A DNA stretch of 64,000 nt, taken from an uncultured bacterium (GTDB taxonomy: Bacteria > Actinomycetota > Acidimicrobiia > Spongiisociales > UBA5794). Under the pieces are notes generated by a model. The model saw only the letters and a program-made list of their open reading frames with translations, did not search any database and was not told the origin of the DNA. A program made the translations under genes and the position numbers. This document shows, one piece after another, positions 45,294 to 53,567 of the stretch. Each line of letters opens with the position of its first letter. Position 1 is the first letter of the stretch. The DNA is taken from NCBI GenBank assembly GCA_963777645.1, contig CAVZRA010000004.1, positions 288,060-352,059 on the forward strand. The letters are read 5' to 3'.

Positions 45294-48257
45294 TTGCAGG
45301 CTCCACGTACCGTAGTGACGCTGGCGCTGGCGTTATCGCTGGCGCTTGCTGCCTGTGCCGAGGGAGAGTCGTCCACCGCGGCTGTGGATGACTACGTGTA
45401 TCCCGCCAGCCTGGTGGCCGCAGGCGAAGCGTTGGCGATGGCACCTGCGTCTACCCCGACAACTGCTCCCCCGATGAGCGCACCGGAAGATCCGGAAACA
45501 CCTCCATTGACCTGGGCCGCACAACAGGCTTTGAGCTCCGTCGATCCGCTGCCGCTTCCGACATCCGAGTTGCTCCCGGGTGCACCAACGTCAGAACCGT
45601 TCGTCGTCACCCAGGACGGCGAGCGCCGACTGCTACGCGAGGTGTCGGTAACCGTGTCGTATGACCCGCACGAGGGATTAACGGTGGACCCCGCCGGGTG
45701 GTGGGTGGTCAACTATCCGCTCGACAGGATTCGGGGTCTCGACCTCTACCGGACCGACGAGATCGCCAGGCTGCTCACCGGGCACGATGCTGAGGATCTG
45801 ACCAACTACTACTTCTACACTGCTCCGGCAGGTGGTGTATCGGTTGCCCCGCCGGCGAAGAAAGGCCCGGCTCCGATCTCAGTTACTCCCGGTCCCGACC
45901 TCGTCGTCAACAACAGGGACCCGGAAGCCTCCGATGACAACGACGGTTCCGCCGCCCATCCCCTCCTCACCATCTCGGCTGCCGTGGAGCGAGCGGTACC
46001 CGGCACGGTCATCCACGTCTACCCGGGCATCTACCGGGAGAGGGTTGTCGTCGATACCGATGGGACCCCCGAAGCCCCGATCTCGATCGAGGGGATTCGC
46101 GGGGCAGCAGGGTCGATGCCGGTCATCACGGGGAACGATCCCTTTCCTGTCGGCGCCTGGCAAGAGGTCGAAGGGTCATCGGGTGTCTGGGAAGCCTCTG
46201 CTTTCACCGATCTGTCGGGATCGCTGACCGCCAGCGGCGAATCGCTGGTCGAGCGTGACGCACCGTGGAATCTGCAGCCGGGGGAGTATGCCGTGAGCGG
46301 TGGCGGCGATGCATACACCGATCCGCGTTTTGATGGCGATTCCAACGCGCGGGAGGGAGCGATCTACGACTTCGGGTCGAGTCAGTACATCTGGGAGCGC
46401 ACGGAAACAGACAGTGGCGGGTTTGTCGATCTCGGGTCCGAGTTCGGGGATGGCTTTGGTGGAGGCGTCTATTGGGGGTCATCCTGGGTGTATGTGCGGA
46501 AGCCCTCCGAGGCGTCCAATTACGACTGGTACCACGACGAATCCCGGTTCGACGTGCAGGTATCCGGCCCCTTTCGCTCCGCTGGTGTCTCCGGGGAGGC
46601 CGTCTCTGCCCAGCCGTACCGATACCGCGTGTGGCTCGATGGAATCCTGCTCGACTCGAACGTGTTTGCCACAGCCGACAACGGCGAGGCAGACCTGGCC
46701 CATCCCGATATCGGGATCGGTGACTACGGCGAGACGTGGCAAGGCGTTGTGATGGAGCAGGGATGGCACCACTTCGTTTTCCAGTGGGACACAACCACCG
46801 CCCCCGGTGCCACCGAGCAGGTCCCGGTCTTCCGGTTCGGGGTTCCCGAGATCATCGGCAACACGATCAGCTCGGCGGAGAAGCCGCGCTCGAGCCGCTA
46901 CGGTCCATCAGGCGAGGGAGTGAGTTACGTCTCTGAGTACCTGGTTCTCGGGCCGGTGCCATCCACCTTCGACCCGACTGTGTTCGTCCGGTTGCCCGAC
47001 GGTGCCGATCCCAACGACGTCGGTGCCGACATCGCCGCCCGCTCCGGACCGGTCGTCTCGATCCTGGGTGACTTTGTCGAGCTACACGGCTTTGAGGTGG
47101 GAGGCGGCGCCCAGCATGAAGGCGAAGCGCTGATCGAGGTGGGTCACCACAGCGACGACGGCGTTGACGATGCCTACGTCCAGGGTGCCGTTGTCGAAGG
47201 AAACTACGTAACGGGTAGCCAGCACACCGGGATCGGTGCGGCCGTCTCGGGTGACATGGGCGTCGCCCCGATCGAGATCAGCAACAACTGGGTGGTTGAT
47301 TCGGGCGCAGTCGGCATCTCGGTGACTGGATTGAGCGAGCGACTCACGGAGAAGACGCTGAATGACTGGGCGCCCGGACGAACCATGGTGACAGTCGACT
47401 TCAACACCGTGGTCAACAGCGGATGGGCAGGATATGACCGGATCACCGATGTCTCCGGCATCGAATTCGAGAGAATGACGGCAAGCACCATTGCCTACAA
47501 CACGATCATCCACGGTGGGCCGGGGATCACACTGCGAGGCGAGAACTACGCGGTTCGTGTCGACGGCAACACCATCAGCGACCCGTACGCATGGGGCATC
47601 GGGATCGAAGCCAATCCAGGCCCCAATTTGATCGCCAACAACCTGATCACGGGCCTGCGGACCGGCCCGGCCTGGATGAAGGCCGGGATCCTCACCTGGG
47701 ACTCGGATCAAACCTGGATAGTCAACAACACGATCGACGGGCTGTGGAGCATCGAAACCGGTTGGTATGGCGACGTGGGCACCTGGGGGGCCGGTGGTCC
47801 TGAGAACTTCGAGCGGATGGACTACCCGACCTGGGATTTTCATTCTTTCCGTCGCAGTTATCTCAACAACCTGGTGCTCGGCAACTACCTGGGTGGCATC
47901 GAGGACTACCTCGGTAACTGGGGCGAGCTAGACACCTTCAGCGCCAACTACCGGGAGGTACCGCAGCCCGACCCGTTTGACTATCTCGCCGACGGAGCCG
48001 AGGCGGCTGATGTTCGCCGTGACTTTGTCGATCGGGAGGGTGGTGATTACCGACTCGTTGAGTCCTCGGAGCTCAACAGCCAGGGTGTTGTAAACGTGAC
48101 GTCCCGATTGGCTCCGCTGGATCTGCTTGGCCTGCCCCGGCTCTCCGGCGAGACGACCTCGGTGGGTGCCTATCGCGAAACCCCCGACATCGCCGCCGGG
48201 ACCACGGTTGTCGAGGTCCTCTTCGTCGACGGGATCGCGGCCCGGCTCGTCGACTGA
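45294..48257 (+). CDS. Large lipoprotein with right-handed parallel beta-helix repeats (987 aa)
   Basis: Lipobox LALAAC. The DUF1565-like region is DDNDGSAAHPLLTISAAVERAVPGTVIHVYPGIYRE. The C-terminal half has repeated NN.I..... beta-helix-like segments. TTG start with GGAAGG upstream. Confidence 0.6.
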   Translation: MQAPRTVVTLALALSLALAACAEGESSTAAVDDYVYPASLVAAGEALAMAPASTPTTAPPMSAPEDPETPPLTWAAQQALSSVDPLPLPTSELLPGAPTSEPFVVTQDGERRLLREVSVTVSYDPHEGLTVDPAGWWVVNYPLDRIRGLDLYRTDEIARLLTGHDAEDLTNYYFYTAPAGGVSVAPPAKKGPAPISVTPGPDLVVNNRDPEASDDNDGSAAHPLLTISAAVERAVPGTVIHVYPGIYRERVVVDTDGTPEAPISIEGIRGAAGSMPVITGNDPFPVGAWQEVEGSSGVWEASAFTDLSGSLTASGESLVERDAPWNLQPGEYAVSGGGDAYTDPRFDGDSNAREGAIYDFGSSQYIWERTETDSGGFVDLGSEFGDGFGGGVYWGSSWVYVRKPSEASNYDWYHDESRFDVQVSGPFRSAGVSGEAVSAQPYRYRVWLDGILLDSNVFATADNGEADLAHPDIGIGDYGETWQGVVMEQGWHHFVFQWDTTTAPGATEQVPVFRFGVPEIIGNTISSAEKPRSSRYGPSGEGVSYVSEYLVLGPVPSTFDPTVFVRLPDGADPNDVGADIAARSGPVVSILGDFVELHGFEVGGGAQHEGEALIEVGHHSDDGVDDAYVQGAVVEGNYVTGSQHTGIGAAVSGDMGVAPIEISNNWVVDSGAVGISVTGLSERLTEKTLNDWAPGRTMVTVDFNTVVNSGWAGYDRITDVSGIEFERMTASTIAYNTIIHGGPGITLRGENYAVRVDGNTISDPYAWGIGIEANPGPNLIANNLITGLRTGPAWMKAGILTWDSDQTWIVNNTIDGLWSIETGWYGDVGTWGAGGPENFERMDYPTWDFHSFRRSYLNNLVLGNYLGGIEDYLGNWGELDTFSANYREVPQPDPFDYLADGAEAADVRRDFVDREGGDYRLVESSELNSQGVVNVTSRLAPLDLLGLPRLSGETTSVGAYRETPDIAAGTTVVEVLFVDGIAARLVD

Positions 48258-48272
48258 GCACATCGGTGAGCC

Positions 48273-49100
48273 TCAGCTCAAGCCGCGGCTGTCCTGTTTG
48301 AGGGCGGTGTCGACCGACAATGCCGAGGCGATGACCATCGAGCGCAACGGCTCATCGAGGGTGCGGTGGATCTGGAGCACGTAGTTGTCTGCGGTGGTGA
48401 ACATGGTCTTGGCAAGGCCTTCCCATGTCTTGGTGATCCTGGCGACTTCGGAACCGGAACTGTCCTGGATGCTGAAGTTCCAGGCACGCCAGTTCTCGGC
48501 CTTGATCTCGCCGATCTCGGATTTGTTCACCTCGAGCCCGAAGTTGATCTTGCCGAACACGTTCTTCTGGACGATTGACCCGATCAGTCTCCCTGCCCCG
48601 TCTGTGATGTCGAGGCGCGACTTGACGAACTTTGCCGGGCGAGTGATGGCGAGATGCACAACGCCCTTCATGTCCACGATCTGGAACTTGTGGGTGAGGA
48701 ACTTGTCGACATCACTGACAAATCGCAGTGCCTTCTTGAAGCCACTCTGCCCCACCTCGCGGATCGCGCCGATCTGATTGCCGAGCTGGTCGTAGATGGC
48801 GTACTCGCTGTTGACCTCGATCAGCTTCGCACGCTGATTCACCACCAGGATCGGCTCGGTGAATATCGTCCCACCTCCCGATGGGGCGATGGGCAATCCG
48901 GCTTGCACTTCCACCTGGCGCTGCACTGTGGCGGACGATTGCTGACCGGCGGGGACATCGGCGCCGGTGCCGGCACCGGTGTCTTCGGTCTCGGCGGAGC
49001 CATTCATCACCCGGGCGGTCCATCTCGTTCCGTCCCAATAGCGCTTCTCATACTTGCCGGAGGGGTCGGGATACCAATTCGGGGGCGGTAGATCACTCAT
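48273..49100 (-). CDS. DUF2510 N-terminal domain fused to a scramblase/LOR-like (tubby-fold) domain
   Basis: The N-terminus PPNWYPDPSGKYEKRYWDGTRWT matches the DUF2510 motif. The C-terminal roughly 200 aa resemble the phospholipid scramblase family pattern. Confidence 0.55.
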   Translation of the reverse strand: MSDLPPPNWYPDPSGKYEKRYWDGTRWTARVMNGSAETEDTGAGTGADVPAGQQSSATVQRQVEVQAGLPIAPSGGGTIFTEPILVVNQRAKLIEVNSEYAIYDQLGNQIGAIREVGQSGFKKALRFVSDVDKFLTHKFQIVDMKGVVHLAITRPAKFVKSRLDITDGAGRLIGSIVQKNVFGKINFGLEVNKSEIGEIKAENWRAWNFSIQDSSGSEVARITKTWEGLAKTMFTTADNYVLQIHRTLDEPLRSMVIASALSVDTALKQDSRGLS

Positions 49101-49203
49101 GAATCAGAGGCTACACGCCCACAGGCCGCTCCCGACGGCATCGTGTCGGTGCGCGGCCTGCGGGCCGGGTAGTAGCGATCTGATCCACAGTCACGATCGA
49201 GGC

Positions 49204-49272
49204 TCAGGGCAAGGAATCTGTCACCGGGAGCTCCAAATCGGTCCTGCGAGTGTGAACATGATCATCTTGCAT
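49204..49272 (-). CDS. Candidate mini-ORF b (22 codons; an alternative 14-codon frame runs 49221-49265)
   Basis: GGGGAAAGGAGAG lies immediately upstream. The peptide is MQDDHVHTRRTDLELPVTDSLP, or MIMFTLAGPIWSSR from the second ATG, which has better SD spacing. Confidence 0.2.
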   Translation of the reverse strand: MQDDHVHTRRTDLELPVTDSLP

Positions 49273-49324
49273 CTCTCCTTTCCCCTCGATCCCCTGAAGG
49301 GGGTGTCGTACTGGCGGCATCCGG

Positions 49325-49471
49325 TCATCTCACCCGGATTGCGGCGACAGCTTCATTCATGCGTGCGATCTGGCGAGCGCTGGCGTCTTCGACCCAGCGC
49401 GGCTTGCGACCGGGATCGATGCTGTGACGCACGATCGCGTTGCTGATGCGGTTGTTTGGTGCTTTCACCAT
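49325..49471 (-). CDS. Candidate small protein a (48 aa)
   Basis: GAAAGGAGGGGG precedes ATG-GTG. The peptide is MVKAPNNRISNAIVRHSIDPGRKPRWVEDASARQIARMNEAVAAIRVR. No family recognised. Confidence 0.4.
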   Translation of the reverse strand: MVKAPNNRISNAIVRHSIDPGRKPRWVEDASARQIARMNEAVAAIRVR

Positions 49472-49574
49472 CCCCCTCCTTTCTTGCTTTCTGTGACGGA
49501 AGCTGCCGGGAACTGCGGGCTGCGATGGGCCGTGTATGTGTGCAGGGCCACAGGTCCCGGCGGCTTTGCCGTCG

Positions 49575-49643
49575 TGGAGCGGGAAGGAGTCGAACCTTCA
49601 GGAACCCCCGCGGGGTCCGCCCCGGTGTATGAGCGGGGCGGAC
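49575..49643 (-). ncRNA. tRNA/tmRNA-like 3' module: long hairpin, short GC hairpin, T-arm and acceptor 3' strand
   Basis: The minus strand reads GUCCGCCCCG-CUCAUACAC-CGGGGCGGAC, CCCGCGGG, GAAGG-UUCGACU-CCUUC, CCGCUCC-A. The T-loop is canonical, and U at the position-70 equivalent with discriminator A matches the tRNA-Ala/tmRNA pattern. There is no D-arm and no 7-nt anticodon loop. Confidence 0.35.
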
Positions 49644-49652
49644 AAAGAAGAA

Positions 49653-49670
49653 AGCCGCCCCCGGGCGGCT
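49653..49670 (-). terminator. Intrinsic terminator after mini-ORF c
   Basis: The minus strand reads AGCCGCCC-gg-GGGCGGCU followed by UUCUUCUUUG, about 30 nt after the ORF c stop. Confidence 0.6.
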
Positions 49671-49702
49671 CCTCGTGAACGATATGTGCGGGTTGACGAG
49701 CC

Positions 49703-49831
49703 CTAGTTGGTCGTCACCCCGGTGTTCCGAGGAGCAGTGCTGATGAGCCAGGCACCAACCGTGCCGGAGCCGCGCAGACGCGGAGACACGAGCCGGTAGC
49801 TGGAATCAGCAGTGAAGGTGTGAGCGATCAT
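49703..49831 (-). CDS. Candidate small protein c (42 aa)
   Basis: GAGGAGAAAGGAGA, then 7 nt, then ATG. The peptide is MIAHTFTADSSYRLVSPRLRGSGTVGAWLISTAPRNTGVTTN. A TTGACA -35-like box lies upstream (49934-49939) and a terminator downstream. This call competes with a tmRNA-like reading of the same RNA. Confidence 0.35.
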   Translation of the reverse strand: MIAHTFTADSSYRLVSPRLRGSGTVGAWLISTAPRNTGVTTN

Positions 49832-50007
49832 CTCGTGTCTCCTTTCTCCTCGAAGTCCTGAAACTGAAACGCCGCAACGCCCCAAGAGAGGGGTGTCACG
49901 GCCTGGCCATAATCTTGCATAGATGTATCAAAGTGTCAAGGTCTTTCTCGATCTCACACCAATCGGGGCGGTCAATCGTGACGGCACACGAGGGGTAGGC
50001 TCGGGTC

Positions 50008-50778
50008 ATGCTCCCGTTTGACTCGTACCTTGCCCACTTCGACGCCGACGCCCATCTGCTTGCTGCTGCGGCGGCCAGGGGCTATGAGGCGGAGGTGCCC
50101 TGTTGTCCCGGCTGGACCGTGCGTGACCTCGTCATCCATATCGCCGAGGTGCACAGTCACAAGGCAGACCTCATTGCCGGTAGCTGGGTCGAATCTTCAC
50201 CTCCACGGCCGAGCATCCCCGAAGGCGTTGACCCGTTGCAGTGGTATCGACGAGAGGCGGACCGGTTGTACCAGGCGCTGTCGGTTGCCGAGCCAAAGGC
50301 GCCTGCGAACACGTTTGGCCGTGACCGGACGATGGGGTTCTGGTTCCGAAGAATGGCACACGAGACGGTGATACACCGGGTCGACGCAGAGCAGGCGCAC
50401 GGATACGAGAGCGCCGTCGATCCCGGGCTCGCCCTCGATGGTGCCGCCGAGGTGTTCGATGTGTTTATCACCGGCTGTCCGTCGTGGGCGCACTTTCAGC
50501 CTTCGGCAGATGTCGTCCGGGTCGAAGTCGGTGACGAGTCCTGGACCGTTCGGCTCGGCAAGTACGTTGGGTCCAGAAGGGGCATCGACTACGCAGTCAG
50601 AACCACGATGTTGGTGGACGACGCACCGGATGCTGTGATCACAGGGGACCCGGATCGTGTGTTCCTGTGGATGTGGGGCCGCGCTCCGATCGGGGATGTC
50701 GCCGTCACCGGAAGGAGCGAGGTCGCAGACAAGTTCCGGGCGACCTGTGCCCGCCGGCAGGTCCAGGGGAGCCCCTGA
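50008..50778 (+). CDS. Mycothiol-dependent maleylpyruvate isomerase N-terminal (DinB_2) family protein
   Basis: CPGWTVRDLVIHIAEVH ... MAHETVIHRVDAE matches the typical TIGR03083-type pattern. Confidence 0.7.
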   Translation: MLPFDSYLAHFDADAHLLAAAAARGYEAEVPCCPGWTVRDLVIHIAEVHSHKADLIAGSWVESSPPRPSIPEGVDPLQWYRREADRLYQALSVAEPKAPANTFGRDRTMGFWFRRMAHETVIHRVDAEQAHGYESAVDPGLALDGAAEVFDVFITGCPSWAHFQPSADVVRVEVGDESWTVRLGKYVGSRRGIDYAVRTTMLVDDAPDAVITGDPDRVFLWMWGRAPIGDVAVTGRSEVADKFRATCARRQVQGSP

Positions 50779-50849
50779 TCGTGGTCCGTTCACAATCTGG
50801 GCAGTTGCTCGACGTTGATGGGTGATTTCGACGAGTGGCGTGCCGGGAG

Positions 50850-51023
50850 CTACTGATCTGACCTCTTCGCATCGATCAGCCTCCGGAGCCGTTCGCTCTC
50901 TTCGCGTCTGCGGCGGAGTCGCTCCTCGAACTGATCCGACGACTTGTCATGGAGCTGGCGCCTCATTCGCTGATCATGGGTGCTGTTGTGATCACCGCGC
51001 CGGAATCCGCTGTCGTGGCTCAT
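50850..51023 (-). CDS. Small highly charged hypothetical protein (57 aa)
   Basis: GAGGAAAGG lies 7 nt upstream of the ATG at 51023. The peptide is MSHDSGFRRGDHNSTHDQRMRRQLHDKSSDQFEERLRRRREESERLRRLIDAKRSDQ. Confidence 0.4.
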   Translation of the reverse strand: MSHDSGFRRGDHNSTHDQRMRRQLHDKSSDQFEERLRRRREESERLRRLIDAKRSDQ

Positions 51024-51327
51024 AGAGTCGCCTTTCCTCGGCTTCTCTTCATGATGGACCATGTGCACCTTCTTGTGAAGGGTGAACGGGAAGGGTAGGC
51101 CGACCCCGTCGGCCGTCATTCGAGTGACCCGACTTCCCCTGGGTGGCACTCAGGGTTGAATCAGGGGCACACCCGATAGAGGCGCCTGCGCCGGTCACAG
51201 ATAATCACTACATGGAGCCCTTCGTCCACCTCATCGAGTCGAGCGGCGTCGCCGGGATGGTCTCTGCGCCATGCTCGTTGGCGGACTACCGCTCACCTGC
51301 ATCCTGGCGCCCGATCCGGGTCGCCAC

Positions 51328-51618
51328 ATGCTCGCCTGGTACGAAGAGCTCGGGTGGCGGTTCGACCCTCCCGCGGTGGAGGCCGGTGCCGGTGCGATAC
51401 CTATCCGCGAAGGGAATCTGATGTTGTTTCTGTTGTGGCTGATACTGGCCGTTGTCGCGTGGCCGCTCGCCCTGCTGGCACTGGTCTTGTACCCGCTGGT
51501 CTGGGTGTTGAGCATCCCGTTCCGGCTCGTCGGCATCTCGCTGCGAGGGGCATTCTCGCTGCTCGAGGCGATTGTCCGGCTCCCTGCCAGGGTGCTGAGC
51601 GGGCCCCGCACCGTCTGA
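51328..51618 (+). CDS. Small hypothetical membrane protein
   Basis: Two hydrophobic helices (MLFLLWLILAVVAWPLALLALVLYPLVWVLSIPF). The start is uncertain (51271, 51328 or 51421). Confidence 0.4.
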   Translation: MLAWYEELGWRFDPPAVEAGAGAIPIREGNLMLFLLWLILAVVAWPLALLALVLYPLVWVLSIPFRLVGISLRGAFSLLEAIVRLPARVLSGPRTV

Positions 51619-51660
51619 ATTCCCGTCACCGTCGTCCGGTCTCCGGGGTAGGCTGCCCGG

Positions 51661-52269
51661 GTGCGAGTCCATCTGATCCGTCACTCAATCACGCCCGAGA
51701 CCGGCAAACGACTCTCGAGCCTCGACCCCGACATCTCGCTGTCGTCAGAAGGGAAGCGGCTCGCAGAAGAGTTGGGTCGGTCGCTCGATAAGATCACATT
51801 GGCGGCGGTCTACACGAGCCCTCATCGGCGATGTGTCGAGACCGCCTCCGCCGTCGCCAGAGGGCGGCGAATCAGGCCCCGTGTTGATCGTGCCTTCGTC
51901 GAGGCCGACTACGGCAAGTGGCTCGGCAGGCCGCTGAAGTCGTTGTACCGGCTCAAAGCGTGGCAGGACCTCATGGCCTCGCCTTCACGATTTCGCTTCC
52001 CCGACGGAGAGACACTTCAGGAAGTGCAGGTCCGTGCGGTTGCAGGCATCGAGAACCTGGCCGACAGGCACGCCGATGATTCGATAGCAGTTGCCAGCCA
52101 CGGTGATGTCATCAAGGTGATCGTTGCCCACTATCTGGGGATGCCCCTCGACCTCTCGAACAGAATCGACCCGATCCCGGCCAGTGTGTCGGTGCTCGAT
52201 ATTCCCAGGAAGGGGTCACCGCGGGTTTCCATCATGAACTACACCGCAGACACCGGGAGATGGCGATGA
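51661..52269 (+). CDS. Histidine phosphatase family protein (MSMEG_4193-type putative phosphomutase)
   Basis: LIRHS...SPHRRC...ASHGDVIK motifs. It is the first gene of the conserved actinobacterial trio. Confidence 0.75.
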   Translation: MRVHLIRHSITPETGKRLSSLDPDISLSSEGKRLAEELGRSLDKITLAAVYTSPHRRCVETASAVARGRRIRPRVDRAFVEADYGKWLGRPLKSLYRLKAWQDLMASPSRFRFPDGETLQEVQVRAVAGIENLADRHADDSIAVASHGDVIKVIVAHYLGMPLDLSNRIDPIPASVSVLDIPRKGSPRVSIMNYTADTGRWR

Positions 52270-52742
52270 GCAGAGTCGATCGATTCGCGGCAGGGGCTCT
52301 CGGTGAGCCGGGGGACCGGCTGTTCCTCCTCGAGGTCGAGGAAGGCGGGAGCGCAACCTCGTACGTGATCGAGAAGCTGCAGGTGGCCGCTCTCGCCGAT
52401 GAGGCGAAGCTGCTGCTGCGGGAGCGTGGCATGATCGGGACCGGTCTCGGCATCGACCCGGGGGTCGTGCATGAGGAGACGTCGGTGGCGTTCCGGGTGG
52501 GCGGGATCCAGCTGGTCCTCGGGGACGATCAAGACCTTGCCGAATTGGTGCTGTTCTCTGTTGAAGAGGATCCGCCGGCTCAATACGAGTTGACACTTCC
52601 ACAGCTCGATGCTTTCGCCAGAGAAGCGGTCGTTGTTGTCGCAGCCGGGAGAGCCGCCTGTCCCCACTGCGGCCTGCCGATGGACCCGGAAGGTCACAAC
52701 TGTCCCCGCGGCAACGGGGATCTACGCGGGCATCGTCCCTAG
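52266..52742 (+). CDS. DUF3090 domain-containing protein
   Basis: FAAGALGEPGDRLFLLEV ... CPHCGLPMDPEGHNCPRGNG. The ATG at 52266 overlaps the upstream stop (ATGA). Confidence 0.75.
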   Translation: MSRVDRFAAGALGEPGDRLFLLEVEEGGSATSYVIEKLQVAALADEAKLLLRERGMIGTGLGIDPGVVHEETSVAFRVGGIQLVLGDDQDLAELVLFSVEEDPPAQYELTLPQLDAFAREAVVVVAAGRAACPHCGLPMDPEGHNCPRGNGDLRGHRP

Positions 52743-52855
52743 GAGGATGGTGATTGATCACGGTGATGGCTCGCAGTGCCACGAGAAATCAATGCTGTCG
52801 AGCAACTGTCGGGGCCTCAACCACGTTGAGGGTGAACTCGAATTGTCCAGCACAC
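52739..52855 (+). repeat. Conserved intergenic element, copy B (paired with 21262-21361)
   Basis: Same architecture as copy A: CTAGGAGG, the palindrome GTGATTGATCAC (52750-52761), ATCAATG, and GAACTCGAATTGTCCAGCACAC. It has an extra hairpin CCTCAAC-cac-GTTGAGG (52815-52831). It ends 14 nt before the ATG at 52869. Confidence 0.6.
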
Positions 52856-52868
52856 GCCTAGTGCGCGT

Positions 52869-53546
52869 ATGAGCTGGTCGCCTGTCATTACCGAGGTGAT
52901 CGGACGGTTCGTCAACGCTTCCAATGCCACTCTCCTTGCCGGTACCGCCGATGGCCATCGGGTCGTCTACAAACCGACTGCGGGAGAGCAACCGCTGTGG
53001 GACTTTGCGGTCGAGACGCTGGCCTCCCGAGAGGTTCTCACCTATGAGGTGTCCGTCGCACTTGGCTTCGACATCGTTCCCGAGACCATCCTTGGTGATG
53101 GCCCGTACGGGCCGGGCGCCATCCAGCGGTTCATCGACATCGATTCCCACTTCAACCCGTTGGATCTGGTCGAGGTGTCCAGCCCGGAGCTGTGGCCGAT
53201 CGCATTGCTCGATGTGGTGACCAATAATGCCGACCGGAAGCTCGGTCATGTCATCACAGATGGCGAAAGGCTCCTCGGCATCGACCACGGGCTCACATTT
53301 CATCCTGATGACAAGCTGCGCACTGTGTTGTGGGTGTTCGCCGGTATGCCATTCCCCGCGCCCGAAGTCAATGCGCTAACCCGGCTCAGGACCGCAATCG
53401 AAGGTGGGTTGGGGGAGCGGGTTGCCGGGCTGCTCGGCGATCAGGAGCTCAGTGCCCTCGTCCAAAGAGTCGAAGCCCTGCTTGCCGCACCGATTCATCC
53501 GGAGCCGCCGAGCGATCGGCCGGCAATACCGTGGCCACCCTACTGA
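52869..53546 (+). CDS. SCO1664 family protein (PI3/4-kinase-like fold)
   Basis: ATLLAGTADGHRVVYKPTAGEQPLWDF...NNADRKLGHV...GIDHGLTFH, the typical third member of the trio. Confidence 0.75.
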   Translation: MSWSPVITEVIGRFVNASNATLLAGTADGHRVVYKPTAGEQPLWDFAVETLASREVLTYEVSVALGFDIVPETILGDGPYGPGAIQRFIDIDSHFNPLDLVEVSSPELWPIALLDVVTNNADRKLGHVITDGERLLGIDHGLTFHPDDKLRTVLWVFAGMPFPAPEVNALTRLRTAIEGGLGERVAGLLGDQELSALVQRVEALLAAPIHPEPPSDRPAIPWPPY

Positions 53547-53567
53547 GAGGGCGCCCGATACAGATCG

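Noticed and set aside
49503-49563. Possible SRP RNA, 6S RNA or 6C RNA in the structured region upstream of mini-ORF a.
   Set aside because: It is only a long imperfect hairpin. It lacks the SRP domain IV motifs, the C-rich loops of 6C RNA, and the length and central bubble of 6S RNA.
49575-49672. tRNA-Sec (selC) candidate: a 98-nt stretch from GGAGCCGC... to ...CCCGCUCCA with a long extra arm, the same T-loop sequence as E. coli selC, and UCA inside the loop.
   Set aside because: The 5' third is better explained as the intrinsic terminator of the upstream mini-ORF. The putative 8-bp acceptor has two C-C mismatches. The D-stem would rely mostly on G-U pairs. The anticodon hairpin has a 10-bp stem and a 9-nt loop, with UCA not at positions 34-36.
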